Shown here one piece after another: positions 47,246 to 59,433 of a stretch of 64,000 bases of DNA; within the stretch, counting starts at the first letter, position 1, and every line of letters starts with the position of its first letter. Source of the DNA: Saprolegnia diclina VS20 (lineage: Eukaryota); contig NW_008246122.1 in the NCBI RefSeq assembly GCF_000281045.1, positions 243,301 to 307,300 of the forward strand, given 5' to 3'. The notes under the pieces were generated by a model. It saw only the letters and a program-made list of their open reading frames with translations. It ran no database searches and was not told the origin of the DNA. The translations under genes were made by a program, and so were the position numbers.

Positions 47246-48998
47246 CACCTCGCGCATTCGTACCCGTTCGAGTACTGGTCGTCGACGTTCAAGACGCAGC
47301 TCGCAGCCATCGGCAACGTCGTCATGATCATGCACCCGTGGAACGACCCGGTCGTCTTGCGTCGGAGCTGGTGCGTCTTTGAGGTCTACGTCGCTGTGAC
47401 CATGAAGGCGCGGTTCGAGATGGCCATGGCACCCGGTCAACTGGGGCTCCTCGTTCACGATATACTTCGTCCAACAGCGCTCAAGGATATGTTGGGGACG
47501 ATCAAGAGCGAGGCGTCCGAGACCACCGTGCCAAGTGATCGCGACGGCATCTTTGAGCTCATTCGCGCCGAGACGTCGTTCACGGCCGTCGATCGGCTCA
47601 TCTTTTCGACCATTTTGGACTGGATGAAGCGGACGCTGACGGCGCAGATCGCATCGGGTCTCTCGCCACTCGATGAAGCCCACCGGTATCTCTGTCTGGC
47701 CAGTATTCACGCGACAGAAATGAGAATCCCCGACGTCGTCACCGCTGCGAGTCGGGCCCGCTTGCTCTTCGAATCCCTCAGCATATGCGACAACCACTAC
47801 GCCCGCGTGATGACGTTCTTGGGCCGTGGGTATCTGGAAATCGGCGAGCCAGAGACCACGTGGCGCACAATCTTTGAGAATCTTTTGGCCCTGGACGGCC
47901 TCGAACCCGCGACCGTTTGCTCCGTTCGGAATGCTTACGCCAACGCTATGGCGAGCGCCAAGTGCATCGATGAGGCCCGCGACATTTCTCGTGGGACGTA
48001 CGACATTGCAATGACGCACCTCGGGCCGATGCATCGAGAGACAGCGTCCGCCACGTCCATCCTCGGCATGACCAGCTATATAAAATGCTACTACGACGAA
48101 GCGATGCAGTGGTTCCGCAAGGCCCTCGACGCGCAGCTTTCACATTTGGGGGCGGACCATCCCCACACACTGCTCACGCGCGACTACCTCGCGCTAATTT
48201 GTTTCTACCGCGGCCAACTCGTCGAGGCCCGAGACCTCTACGAAGAGATCACCTCGGTACGGTAGCGCATCTATGGTCCCTTTCACAGCACGACCATCAC
48301 TGCATTGATCAACGTCGGCTCCGTGCACCGTTGTCGTGGCGACTACACGGCAGCGGACGCTCTCTGGCGTCTGCTCTGCGCCCGCGACATCGAGCTACAT
48401 CGCCTTGATGTCCCTTCTCGCCAAGCTCTACTGGTCCAGAGGCGACTACGACGACGGCAAGCGCTACCTAGAGATGTCCCTGACGTGGCGTCTTGCAAAC
48501 TTGCCACCCGGCGACGCCGGCGCCAGCTTAAGTGCGTCGGCGCTGTACCGGTTCCTCCTCGACCCCACCTTTGCCATGTACAGCCCAACAAGCGATGAGG
48601 CGTGGGCCAAGGTCGTCGCCTTCTTCGACCACAACGAGCTGGAGACGGAAGTGTGGCATGGTGAGACCTGCTACGGCTGCAGCCAGCCGATGCAAGGGCT
48701 GTGGTTCGAGTGCGCCACGTGTCCTGCGTACGCCTTCCAGTTTTGCAGCCATTGCCTGCGTCAAGGCAAGTCGTCGACGTTCTGCAACCACGACACAGGC
48801 AGCTTCAAGTGCTACGTGCCACCGCGTCGGTATCTTCTCGAGCAAGCGCTGGTCGCCAGTGCGACGGATCAAGCGACAGCGACCTTGTGGCGCGACTACC
48901 AGACATACTGCACTGCCAACAAGGTCCCGGTCGACGAGCAAGCGCCTTTTGCCAGCTACGCGCCGATCGCAACGCGCACCTGGCATCCGATGCTGTAA
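47246..48998 (+). pseudogene. HET/TIR-like-TPR-ZZ family copy with premature stop (48263-48265) and frameshift; 5' end in gap
   Basis: ORF 47324-48265 (RRSWCVFE and TPRs), then TAG where paralogs have a sense codon. The ZZ part resumes in ORF 48336-48998. Confidence 0.8.
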
Positions 48999-49151
48999 CT
49001 TCACTCATCCAACCCTATTCCGCGTTCCAACCTAGCCCTGTGCAGATGCATNNNNNNNNNNNNNNNNNNNNNNNNNNNNNNNNNNNNNNNNNNNNNNNNN
49101 NNNNNNNNNNNNNNNNNNNNNNNNNNNNNNNNNNNNNNNNNNNNNNNNNNN

Positions 49152-50019
49152 GACCACCCGAGCACGGTGTACACGCGCGACTACCTCGCAATGATCTGCT
49201 TCAAGCGCGGCCAACTTGTCGAGGCCAAGACGCTGTTTGAGGAGACGAGCGATGTGCAGGAGCGCATGTATGGCCCATTGCACAACAGCAGATGGTTGCA
49301 TCATTCAACCTCGGTTTGACATACCGCTTCCTTGGCGACTACGCAGCGGCCGAGGCGCTCTGGCTTCCGATCTGGGACCAGTTCCAGAAGAGTCCACCCG
49401 CGCCAGGGCAGTACATCCACTTGCTCTTTCTGCTTGCGCAGCTCTACTGGTCCAAGGGCGACTACGTCCTCGGGAAGCAGTACTTGCTCGACAACTTGGC
49501 GTGGTGTCTGGCCCATTTGCCGCCGGGCGACGCCGACACGAGCCAAGGGGCGTCGGCGTTCTACCGGTTCCTCCTCGACCCGACCTTTGCGGCGCACAAC
49601 CCCGCAAGTGACGAGGCGTGGGCCAAGGTCGTCGTCGCCTTCTTCGCCAAGAACGAGCTCGAGACGGAAGTGTGGCAAGACGAAACCTGCTTTGGCTGCA
49701 GCCAGCCGATGCAAGCAAGGGCTTTGGTTCGAGTGTTCCACTTGTCCCGCCTTTGCCTACCATTTTTGCGCCAACTGCCTGCGTCAAGGCAAGTCGACGA
49801 CGTTCTGCGACCACGCCACCTGCAGCTTCAAGTGCTACGTGCCACCACGCCGGTACCTTCTCGAGCAAGCTGGTCGCCAGTGCGACGGATCAAGCGACAG
49901 CGACCTTGTGGCGCGACTACCAGACGTACTGCACTGCCAACAAGGTCCCGGTCGACGAGCAAGCGGCCTTTGCCAGCTACGCGCCGATCGCAACGCGCAC
50001 CTGGCACCCGATGTTGTAA
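49152..50019 (+). pseudogene. Near-exact duplicate of 46188-47055 after a 100-N gap (49052-49151)
   Basis: Same four indels; identity continues into the 3' flank to ~50109. Confidence 0.8.
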
Positions 50020-50240
50020 CTTCACTCATCCAACCCTATTCCGCGTTCCAACCTAGCCCTGTGCAGATGCATCCTCGTCGGCGTTGGCCATGTTCGAAGG
50101 GTAGAGATGGCTAGCTTTATGGGACAATTGCACCCTGAACGAATGCCGGCAAGATCGTCTCTGGGTTGACGCGGTCGTCGACACGGTGTCAGTGCACTCA
50201 CACCCGTGGCATTGACAGAGGTATTACATCGTCCAGACCA

Positions 50241-52378
50241 TCAGCAACAGCGCCACCACGAGCGTCGAGGCTTTGGCGACGCGAGCGGTTGAGCCTGGAC
50301 GCTTCCCGCTGCTGCATCGGTCGCTGGAAAAGCCACATGAGGCGGCGCAACCGACGTCGTTGCGACTGGCACGAGCAATTGCCGTTGGGCGGTCAACGCT
50401 TGCGACGGTGGCGCCAAGCTTGCACACGCATCGCGGCCGTGATCGCAGTACGTCGCAGCACTTGCGTCCACGCAGGTGGCGCAAAAGTAGCGCAGAAAAG
50501 GCGGGCACGCGCCGCAGTAGAAGAGGTTGCCGTGGATCTTGGCCGTGCACGTGACGCAGCGCATGGAGCCCCAGGCGTCGTTCTTGATGTTGGCCGCGCT
50601 CAACGCTGCGAGGAATGCATCGATCGCGTGGACCGAGTCGAAGCGGCCCGCGCGCTGTCGCTGCCAGTACTGCCGGAGCAGGACAACGTCGTACTTGGGG
50701 CTCGTCGGACCATACCACGCAAGTCGCTTCGCTACAGCATGGTCCAAGTACGCGGCCGCCTTGTCCCACTGCGTTGTCGAGGCATAGACCATGCCGAGGA
50801 GCATCTCAACTAGACATGGAGGCATCAGCGCTAATTCGTCCGGTGGTACGTCGTACTGAAGACAACGTTGATCGTGTCGTCGCCAAACGCAGTCTTGGCC
50901 ACGGTTAGCAGCGACAGCAGCTTGGCCTCGGCCTCTGCGTACTGGCCTTGCTTGCGCAGGAGCTCGGCCAACGTAAAGTTGGCGATGACCGTGTTCTCAT
51001 GCGAAGACCCGAGCACGCGATCGAGACGCTCGGTGGCCGCGAGCGCGAGGGGCATTGCGCGCTCAACGTTGCCTTGCTCGTTGTAGAGCGTCATGAGGTG
51101 CTGGAGCGACACCAACGTCCGTGCGTGGTCTTCGCCGAGCACAGTGACCTTGCGCTCGTAGGCGAGGAGGAGGTACTCTTCAGCCTTCGCCACTTGGCCG
51201 ATGCGGTTGTACGAGTTCCCAAGATGGCCCATCGTCGTGATCGTGTCGAGGTCGTCGAGGCCTTTCGTGCGCACGAGCCGGTCGTAGCACGCTTGCGCCA
51301 TCGGGACGGCTTCTTCGTGGAGTCCGTGGTGGGCGTAGAGCACACCGAGGCTGTGCAGCGTCATGCTCAGAGCCTCGCTCTCGTCACCGAGGTGCGTTGT
51401 CGCCGCGTCGATCGTCGCGAGGAGCTCCGGCTCCCACACCTCTTTCGGCTCCATGAGGAGACCGCGCATGAGCGCCGCGGCCCCCCGCGAGGACAGTGTC
51501 ATTTCGTGGTAAGGGCCGAGCCCGGTGGTGCCGTAGGCGGTCGCCACCGTATACCAGTCGCGCGCCAACGCCATTTCGCTCAGCACGTGGTGCGTCTCGG
51601 CGAGCGCGTTAGCCCAAAGCGCCTTGTTGGCGTCGTCGGTCGCGATCTCAACTTGCGCGCGCAACGTGTCCTTGACGTATGTTTCTAGCAGCGTCAGCAC
51701 CATTCGGTCGAGCTTGGTGTACCCGACTTGGTCGACGATCGCGCGGTCGATGCTGGCCTTGTCCGAGGCTATCGTCGCCTGCGCCTTCTCGCTGCTGATC
51801 GTGCCGAGCATCTCCAAGAACGTGCCCGGACTTGTCTGCATGTCGCGCAAGAACGCTGCGCGGTCCATGTGGGCAAGCTCAAACGTGGCGCCGACGCAGA
51901 TCGATGCGTAGACCTCAAAGACACACCACGCGCGCGTTAGCGTCAGCGGGTTCTTCCACGGGTGCAGTACCATGACGACGTTGCCGATGGCCGCGAGCGA
52001 CTCGCGGAACGTCGACGACCACCACTCGAACGGCTTGTCGTCCGTCCGGTGCTGGTTGTTGTTGAAGAGACAAAACCACACGGAAGGATCGTCCAAGTCT
52101 TTGGCGGCGAAGAAGGCCTCGAGCGACGCCAGCGTGTCGAGGAAGAGGTACTGCCACGCGTGCGAGACGTACCACGTCGCGTCCGCACCAAAGGACGGCG
52201 CGGTGAGCGCCACGTGGTCGACGACCGAGGTCTGCAGCGCGGCAGTGTACGGAATGACGTACTGGACGCAGACGTCGGCGGTCGAGAGGCCTTGGAACGC
52301 AAACGTCCCGCCGTGCGCCTCGATAAAGTGGCGGAAGAACGAGAGCTTGAGCCCGCGCGGTCGCGTTGCCGTCGTCAT
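50241..52378 (-). CDS. Divergent HET/TIR-like-TPR-ZZ family member; at least 1 intron
   Basis: YVSHAW, WFCLFNNNQH, TRAWCVFE; TPRs (LGEDHART, LGSSHENT); intron ~50810-50855; CVTC...CGAC...CATC...CDH. 3' end approximate. Confidence 0.78.
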
Positions 52379-53324
52379 GCTGCCCAACGAGAAAGGCGGT
52401 GTGACAGCAGCCGAGACCAGCGTCTGATACGCGCACGCTGATTGGCCGAGAGCCGTGGGCCAGAGCACGACGGTCGCCATGGGCGTCGAAAACACCGTTG
52501 ACGTCACGTGGATGGCAGCGAGCACGTAGAGGCGTCTGTAGGCTAGTGATAGCAAGTACTCGTAGTTCCTCGCTTGGCTCGACGCACTGTGTAGGACGCA
52601 AGATGGTGGGTATATATAACCAGAATCGTAAAAAGTTAACCTGATATGAGATGCACTTGGGCGATCATGGGCAACGAAGAGTCATGTGAGCGCGCCACGT
52701 ATTCTTCGTAGGGTACAACTACCGGTACTGAGTCTGAATGGTGGGTACTGCCACCCACGCGATCATCCATCCATTGACACGAGTGTGCACGCTTTTGCAA
52801 TCAAGCATGAGTAAGGTGAGCGACTAGCGGCCTTTGTGCCACTCCTGCGAACTGTGGCTCGTGTGCCTGGCGCTCCTAGAGCTACTAGGTGAGTGCCGTT
52901 TGGCTTCATTTGTTAGTAGGCATACTACATGTTGTAGCCACAGTGTACATTATTTGCGTTGCAGAAGACGTGTGGAGTAGTACCCTGCGAGGACTCAGTG
53001 GCTACCTACCACATACCGGTGCCCATGCCAACATGAGCAAGCAGAAGTACCCGGCATTTGCATTCCGATGTTTCATATCCCGGATGCAATACGGTCGCTG
53101 CCATCGTCGACGTCGGACACGGCCAACGAGAGCACTGATGGCTTCGATTCTCTCAAGACATGGTTTTTGGTGCACTCAGAAACAATAAGAAAATAGTAGA
53201 AAGGACGCAACTCAAACTCCAATTTTCGAGCTACATGGGTGACGCCGCTGGCTCACACTGTCCGCTCAGCGCTTTGGTCTATTCTAAGATCTGAAAACGT
53301 CCTGTCTCATTTTTCGATCGCAGC

Positions 53325-55328
53325 ATGCGCCGGGGCAGCGGGTACGCAGTCGTCAAGGAGAAGCCGTCGTCGTCGACGCACGACCTGATCCTTGGCCGCC
53401 TCTACTGGCTCATCGAGTGGCTGTCGTTCGGCGCTGGCCTCGCCGTGGTCGTCCTCGTCGCATTTGACGCGATTGTCAACAACTGGGCGTTCAACGATTT
53501 TATCGGGAACGGGTACCAGTACATGACGCCGGTCGCCGACATTGAGTTTGCGCACCAGCTTGAGGGCCCATACGCCTTTGCGACCGGCGCGAGCATCTCG
53601 GACCTCTCGCGCATCTCGAAATGGATGGTCAACTACACCGTGAGCAACCTCGTGCTGCCCGGAAACGACAAGATCTACGTGCTCTCGGCCGGCACATTTG
53701 CGATCAACAGCGGGATGAACCTCTGCAGCATCTTCAAGCGGTCGTACCCGTCGGCCAACGCCAGCGCGGGTCCCATCCAGCTCGGGGTTGCCCAGGACGC
53801 GATCACGTTTCTGCGCGGTGAAGCGTTTAGCCATATCTTTACCGACGATGCGACGGCCAATCTGGCGAATGCGTCCATGAGCTCGGCGCAGCTCAACGCG
53901 CTCGGCTACGCGCCCGCCCGTATCCAAGCCGACATTCGGCTCACGCAGCGCATCCCCGTCATGAGCAACGTGACCAGTGTCCAGACGTTCCTTGTTGGCT
54001 ACTACCGCATTTACCCAAAGGCATACTGCACGGGCTGCATCCCGATCGCCGAGCTCGGCCACGGCACATGCAATCTCAGCCTTGTCGTTTTGCCCAACCA
54101 GCGCGGCGTTACGGTTGTCAACGCGACGTTCGTCGACGGCTCGGCCCATGGCCTCGGGCTCATGATCCAGCAAAATGCCTTTAGCGCTGCGTCGCACTAC
54201 CTCAAGTTCATCGCGATGCTGTTTGCGATCGGCGGGTACCTTGCGAGCCGACGGACGGTGCAGTGGCAAGAGGTCGACGTGAACATAACCGAGACATTCT
54301 TACACAAAATCGTCAAGATGGTGCTGCCGCGTTACTATCCGCACGTCTCGCACGCCATTCGATTCGATATGATTTGCTACAACTCCGATATCTTTGTGCT
54401 CTTCTTTACGACCAGCGTGCTCCTCGACATCAACCACGCGATCATCTTCACGCGCGAAGTCCAAGTCTTCAACCAAGTGTGCTTTAAGTGGTCGATGGGC
54501 TTTCAGCTGTTTGCACTGAGTACACGCTTGCTCTGGCTCAACTGCGCGTTTCTCAAGGTCCTCAAAGTACTCTGGCACCTCGTGTCGACCGCTACGTACT
54601 GCGGGCAGAGCCATGTCATGGGCTTTCTCAATCTCCGCAGCGTCACGTCGCTGTATGTGAGCGCGATCCTGCTCTTCTACGTCCCGCCGTTCATCGAGTA
54701 CAACAACAGCGTGCGGGAAGACATCAAGAACATCAACGAGTCGCTCGATGGCATCGCGCTGGACTTTCTGCAGAGCTTTTACGTGCGCGGGTCCGGCGCG
54801 ATCGCCGCCGGCCTCATCTCCAACATATTGCTCGTCGTGCTGGTCGACCATACGTGCAACCTGGCGTTTTGGCGCCGCCTCGCCCAAAACAGCCTGGCGC
54901 GCCAAGCGATATACAACAGCACGTCGATCCTCATGGACGATATTGTCGGCATTGATCCGGGAGCGATCGATGCGGTCTCGCCCGTCATTCACTGCAAGGC
55001 CCGTCGCCTCTGCACGTTGCAGTGGTTTTTTCTAAGCCATTTGAGTCTCTTTGGGTTGCCCGAGAAAGAGTTGAAGAAGAAGGCCCATGCGAACCAGCAG
55101 CACGCGCATCACCCGCCCGCGAGTGATACGACGATGGGCATGAGTCAGCTGCCGTCTGCGCATGGCGACGGCGCCGAAAGCAGCAGCTCGAGCCGGTCGG
55201 ATCAGCTCTACCTCGTTGCGCAAGGCTCGGACCACCACCTGCATCTGCTCGACAGTGACTACAACGACGTCAAGAGCCTCATGTTCAACATCAAGATATT
55301 GAAAAACACTAGTGTCCTTATCAAGTAG
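53325..55328 (+). CDS. Multi-pass membrane protein of unknown function (667 aa)
   Basis: Long GC3-rich ORF. N-terminal TM, large N-glycosylation-site-rich loop with Cys, then about 5 further hydrophobic helices. Confidence 0.8.
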   Translation: MRRGSGYAVVKEKPSSSTHDLILGRLYWLIEWLSFGAGLAVVVLVAFDAIVNNWAFNDFIGNGYQYMTPVADIEFAHQLEGPYAFATGASISDLSRISKWMVNYTVSNLVLPGNDKIYVLSAGTFAINSGMNLCSIFKRSYPSANASAGPIQLGVAQDAITFLRGEAFSHIFTDDATANLANASMSSAQLNALGYAPARIQADIRLTQRIPVMSNVTSVQTFLVGYYRIYPKAYCTGCIPIAELGHGTCNLSLVVLPNQRGVTVVNATFVDGSAHGLGLMIQQNAFSAASHYLKFIAMLFAIGGYLASRRTVQWQEVDVNITETFLHKIVKMVLPRYYPHVSHAIRFDMICYNSDIFVLFFTTSVLLDINHAIIFTREVQVFNQVCFKWSMGFQLFALSTRLLWLNCAFLKVLKVLWHLVSTATYCGQSHVMGFLNLRSVTSLYVSAILLFYVPPFIEYNNSVREDIKNINESLDGIALDFLQSFYVRGSGAIAAGLISNILLVVLVDHTCNLAFWRRLAQNSLARQAIYNSTSILMDDIVGIDPGAIDAVSPVIHCKARRLCTLQWFFLSHLSLFGLPEKELKKKAHANQQHAHHPPASDTTMGMSQLPSAHGDGAESSSSSRSDQLYLVAQGSDHHLHLLDSDYNDVKSLMFNIKILKNTSVLIK

Positions 55329-55483
55329 ACAATGTGTATTAATTCTCGTTTATATACACTATTGTCTTATGTGCATCCGTGAGAGGGTGAGGCCGCTGGG
55401 ATGCTCGGTGTTTGGTGGTTGCTGTTGCCCGAATGCCCAAGCACTCTACCGGTAGAGTCATACATCCATGCGCGCTTCAATGG

Positions 55484-55616
55484 CACCAGTGACTGTTGCC
55501 CCACGCAAATTTTTTGTTATCAAGTCGAAATACAAATTCCTTGAATGACACCAGTGATGAGCAAGCATATAGTTGTTGCCCCACGCAAAAATCATGTTCT
55601 TAACACAAATTCCTTG
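55484..55616 (+). repeat. Two-copy degenerate tandem repeat (~65-70 nt)
   Basis: CACCAGTGA...TGTTGCCCCACGCAAA...ACAAATTCCTTG occurs twice. Confidence 0.7.
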
Positions 55617-55658
55617 TTTCGTCACGTATTCACACATATATATTACTACAAAAGATGA

Positions 55659-56357
55659 CTAGGCATCGTCGGTCCAGATCTCGATGTTGCCGCGAAGCGC
55701 TTGCATGATCATGGTGGCGAACTGGTACGCCTTGTTGTCACTGACGCTGTCGAGGTCGTCGAGGGCATCGCTAAAGACGCTCCGTGCAAACGCCAAGGCC
55801 GCGTCTCGCGCGTTGCCAATGTCATGAAGATACACGGCAAAGTTGAGCGCTAGCCCCAGCCGCGTCGGGCTCGTCGGTGTCAGCTCCACGATCGCAATGT
55901 TCCATGCGTCATTGTAGGCCACCGCGCCTCCCATCGCCCACGTCGTATCGTTGTCATTCACTTCGGCCATGTACCGGTAGTAGTCGCCTTGGGTCTTCAG
56001 ATAAGCCACCTTGGCGTCGACGGTTGGCGCCTCGGGCAAAAGGCGGTCGCGGAGGAGAGACAGAAACGCCTCGCACGTCGACTGGAGCTCGGCGGCGATC
56101 TGCGCGCGGTACTTGGCCAGATCCAAAGCGCGCGCTGGCGACCACGTCGTCTTGGAGTCTTGAATCGATGTGGTGACGCGCCACGCGAGCCGGAGGGGGC
56201 CCACGAGGTTCTTGAACGCGATGACGAGTAGGTCGAACTCGTCGCTTTGCAATGGCGCTGGAAACGCGAGGAGTTGCGTCGCGAGGGCTGCCATCTCGTC
56301 GTAGCGCTGGGCTTCGCCCGCAAGCTGCGCGAGGAACGCTGTGGTCGATCGATCCAT
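55659..56357 (-). CDS. Divergent 14-3-3-like protein
   Basis: AQRYDEM, AFKNLVG..R.AWR, YLKTQGDYYRY, PTRLGLALNFAVY, IMQALRGNIEIWT. Confidence 0.88.
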   Translation of the reverse strand: MDRSTTAFLAQLAGEAQRYDEMAALATQLLAFPAPLQSDEFDLLVIAFKNLVGPLRLAWRVTTSIQDSKTTWSPARALDLAKYRAQIAAELQSTCEAFLSLLRDRLLPEAPTVDAKVAYLKTQGDYYRYMAEVNDNDTTWAMGGAVAYNDAWNIAIVELTPTSPTRLGLALNFAVYLHDIGNARDAALAFARSVFSDALDDLDSVSDNKAYQFATMIMQALRGNIEIWTDDA

Positions 56358-56848
56358 GAGTAGGCGAGTTGTAAAATGTAAATCTGCTAAGAGATTGTAT
56401 CGACGACCTGCTCCCGCAGCCGTGCCGAGGTGCATCGGACTGCAACACCAACATTATGGCTTTGTCGAATGATGGTGTTTGGGCGCACAGATGGATTCGG
56501 CGATGAGCAGGGCGATCCAACGACGAACACCAGCTGCTATCCCGTGCTGCGCCATCGACGGCTCAAGCTGCAAAATCAACATTCCCGGTTCTTGGACTTG
56601 ACCAGTGCACTGAAATCCCTTGCCAATAACACGACAATTTTCTTCAAATGTCATGTTTTGCCAGGAATCGAACTCGCGGCCGGCCCACAACACACATCTC
56701 GCGTCCTCTCGCACCATGCGCAACGCGATTGGCTACACGCGCTGCAAATCGCCTCGTTTGATTGGTGGCTGGTACATCATCCGCGCGTTCCCATTGGCGG
56801 GATCGTTGCACAAGCCGGAGACTGTCCGGAAGCCAACGCCATATCCGG

Positions 56849-57466
56849 ATGTCGATCGCCAAACAACCCAAGAAATATTTGCGCCCGATGCCCAAGTCGA
56901 CGACGACAGCGAGTAGCTTTGTCTCGAAGCTCATCGCCCTCGTGGCGGCCGCGCCCGACCACGTCATCGGATGGTCCGCGGACGGCAGCAAGATCGTCGT
57001 CCAGGGCGTCACGCCGCTCGAGAAGGAGTTCCTACCGTCGCACTACGGGCACACTAGCTTTACGAGCTTTGCGCGGCAGCTGCGCGTCTACGGCTTCTCC
57101 AAGTCCAAGCTCTACGGCCTGCCGTGCGATGAAACCATGAACGCGAAGCGCGGGTTTGGCTACATCTTTGCCCATCCGTTCGTGCACCGCGACCGCCCGC
57201 AGGACCTTGTCCGTGTCAAGCGCACTACCATGGACGACAGCCACGTTGGGGAGCTCCGCGCCGCCGTCGACGGTCTCGAGGCCGAGTGCGTCGCACGCGC
57301 GATCGCGACCAACGCGCCCATTTATACCAAGCGCGACCACGGCTTTGTACCCTTCTTCCCGCTCGAGCTCGGCTACGAGTCGTCCGAGGACCATCAGCCA
57401 TTAGACGACGTCGAGCTCGACATTCTCGATTTGATTCTAAGCAGTACCAATACCAGCATAGTCTAG
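56849..57466 (+). CDS. HSF-type DNA-binding domain transcription factor
   Basis: SFVSKL...IGWSADG...LPSHYGHTSFTSFARQLRVYGFSK...FAHPFVHRDRPQDL..VKR. Confidence 0.85.
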   Translation: MSIAKQPKKYLRPMPKSTTTASSFVSKLIALVAAAPDHVIGWSADGSKIVVQGVTPLEKEFLPSHYGHTSFTSFARQLRVYGFSKSKLYGLPCDETMNAKRGFGYIFAHPFVHRDRPQDLVRVKRTTMDDSHVGELRAAVDGLEAECVARAIATNAPIYTKRDHGFVPFFPLELGYESSEDHQPLDDVELDILDLILSSTNTSIV

Positions 57467-58536
57467 TCGTCCGTGTGCATGCGTGGCCCTCGGCGTTGGC
57501 GACGACAAATTGGCGCGCGGTGGCGGCGTCTAGCAGCGAGCACGGCAGCGCCGTAAAGGGCGGCCACCGCACATGGTGGACCGACGCGGAAGAAACGACT
57601 CTGGCGCGAGCGGAAGCGATCCAAATACCTACATTCTCGTGCATCAAACGGTGTTGCTCACAGGCACAGCAACGGCATGTCTTCAGTTGCGTGCTGCTAT
57701 CGTCGCAGAAGTGAGGCTCGTCGGCGACGAGGCTGGCGCCGAGGCCGGCGGTAGGAGCTGGCGGTAGGTGTCGGTGCTGGCTTGGGCGGCTACCGTGTAC
57801 GAGGCAAGAAGAGTGGATCTGCTCACCAAGTTCAAGGTGCTCGGTTTCTCTGGGACAAGATGCGTCTGTCTTTGGCGCAAGGATGCCCACATATCCTCGT
57901 TGTCGCCTCACTGTACAAGAGGTGGCGTAAAGGTACCCAATCGACGGAAAGCTCAGCTTGGACGCGGTGCATACGACGCCAATTCCACGCCACCACGCAG
58001 CTGATCGGCCGCACTCAGATGTTATAACAAGACCTAACACCCTTGTGGCAAGTGCAATGTGGCAAATTTTAAAAAATCGCCTTCGAAATGCAAACACACG
58101 GACTATACACGTCGGCAAGCACCGACATCGCAACGCCAGTGTTTCGACCGACATAAGCATAGATGTGTACGTGGGACACAACGTCCCATCCAGAGTACAT
58201 AATATTCACCCCTAATCCCACCGGACGGGGCTCGTCACCGGCGGAAATTCATTTTCGCGGCGACGACGACCAGAGTGCAGCCCCTTGCGGCGTGTGGTCG
58301 CACCGTCGTTCCTTGGACCTGCACCACGACAAAAGCCGAGCTTCATTGCCGCCTTTGTCCACAACTTCGGATGCGAGATGGGACGCAAACGTCGGAATAT
58401 GCAACGCATTATTTGAAACTGTGAGCTTGCCCTTTGTGTGTTATAACACGTAACACCGAGACAGGCGGTGCACTGGTTGGGTGGGCGAAGTGAGGTGGCG
58501 CGTGCTGGCGTCAGCGAGTAAGTCACGGAGTCGCTG

Positions 58537-58553
58537 GCTCATTTTGCAAGTTT
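58537..58553 (+). promoter_or_regulatory. Oomycete initiator (Inr/FPR-like) element
   Basis: GCTCATTTTGCAAGTTT just upstream of the 14-3-3 ATG. Similar GCTCATT motifs precede the minus-strand genes starting at 25646 (motif at 25670) and 33089. Confidence 0.6.
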
Positions 58554-58560
58554 CTCCGCC

Positions 58561-59280
58561 ATGCCAGCCAGCCTCGACCGGTCCTCGCTCGTCTTCCTCG
58601 CGCAGCTCGCCGAGCAGGCCGAGCGCTACGACGAGATGGCCGACTACATGAAGACCGTCGTGACCTCGGACCCGACGCCGCTCGACCTCGAGGAGCGCAA
58701 CCTCCTCGCTGTCGCGTACAAGAACGTCATTGGCAGCCGCCGGGCCGCGTGGCGTGTGCTCCAGGCCATCGAGACGCACCGCAAGAGCGAGCGCGTCGAG
58801 CACGTCCAGAAGTACCGCCTCAAGATCGAAGCCGAGCTCCAAGCGACGTGCGACGAGATGCTCGAGATGCTCAACAAGCAGCTGCTGCCGTCGGCGTCGT
58901 CGCCCGAAGACAGCGTCTTCTACCTCAAGACGCAGGGCGACTACTACCGGTATTTGGCCGAGTTCCAGTCCAAGGAGCAGGGCGCGTGCGAGAAGGCGCT
59001 GGCCTGCTACGGCCAAGCGACCGACATTGCGACGTCCAAGCTGCACTCGACCAACCCGCTCCGCCTCGGCCTTGCGCTCAACTTTGCCGTCTTCTACTGC
59101 GAGATCATGAAGCTGCCGGACCGCGCGTGCCAGCTCGCCAAGCAGGCCTTCGACGACGCGATCGCGGACATGGACTCGCTCACGGAGGAGAGCTTCCGGG
59201 ACGCAGCCATGATTCTGCAGATCATTCGCGACAACCTGACGCTGTGGACGTCCGAAGAGGACGACGACCACCACCCGTAA
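58561..59280 (+). CDS. 14-3-3 protein
   Basis: LAEQAERYDEM, EERNLLAVAYKNVIGSRRAAWR, GDYYRYLAEF, PLRLGLALNF, IRDNLTLWTS. Confidence 0.95.
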   Translation: MPASLDRSSLVFLAQLAEQAERYDEMADYMKTVVTSDPTPLDLEERNLLAVAYKNVIGSRRAAWRVLQAIETHRKSERVEHVQKYRLKIEAELQATCDEMLEMLNKQLLPSASSPEDSVFYLKTQGDYYRYLAEFQSKEQGACEKALACYGQATDIATSKLHSTNPLRLGLALNFAVFYCEIMKLPDRACQLAKQAFDDAIADMDSLTEESFRDAAMILQIIRDNLTLWTSEEDDDHHP

Positions 59281-59433
59281 TAACCTAAGCTAATGCAATG
59301 TAATTTGATGACCCTCGTCGCGTGGTAGGCTAATAACAGTTGTCATAATCGAGGTAGACATAATGTCCACATCAACACCGAATACAAAAAAAGTGAATTG
59401 CTATGGGCTACAAAAATGGACTAGGAAGCTAGA

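Noticed and set aside
49152..50109. Near-exact duplication of 46188-47145
   Set aside because: Both ends abut 100-N gaps and I saw only about one difference. It may be an uncollapsed haplotype or scaffolding overlap, so it is not counted as evidence of recent amplification.
57470..57900. Plus-strand WWTDAEETTLAR looks Myb-like; minus strand has a GC3-rich fragment (HVRWPPFTALP...)
   Set aside because: No further Myb tryptophans and no coherent gene model on either strand; at most an unidentified relic.
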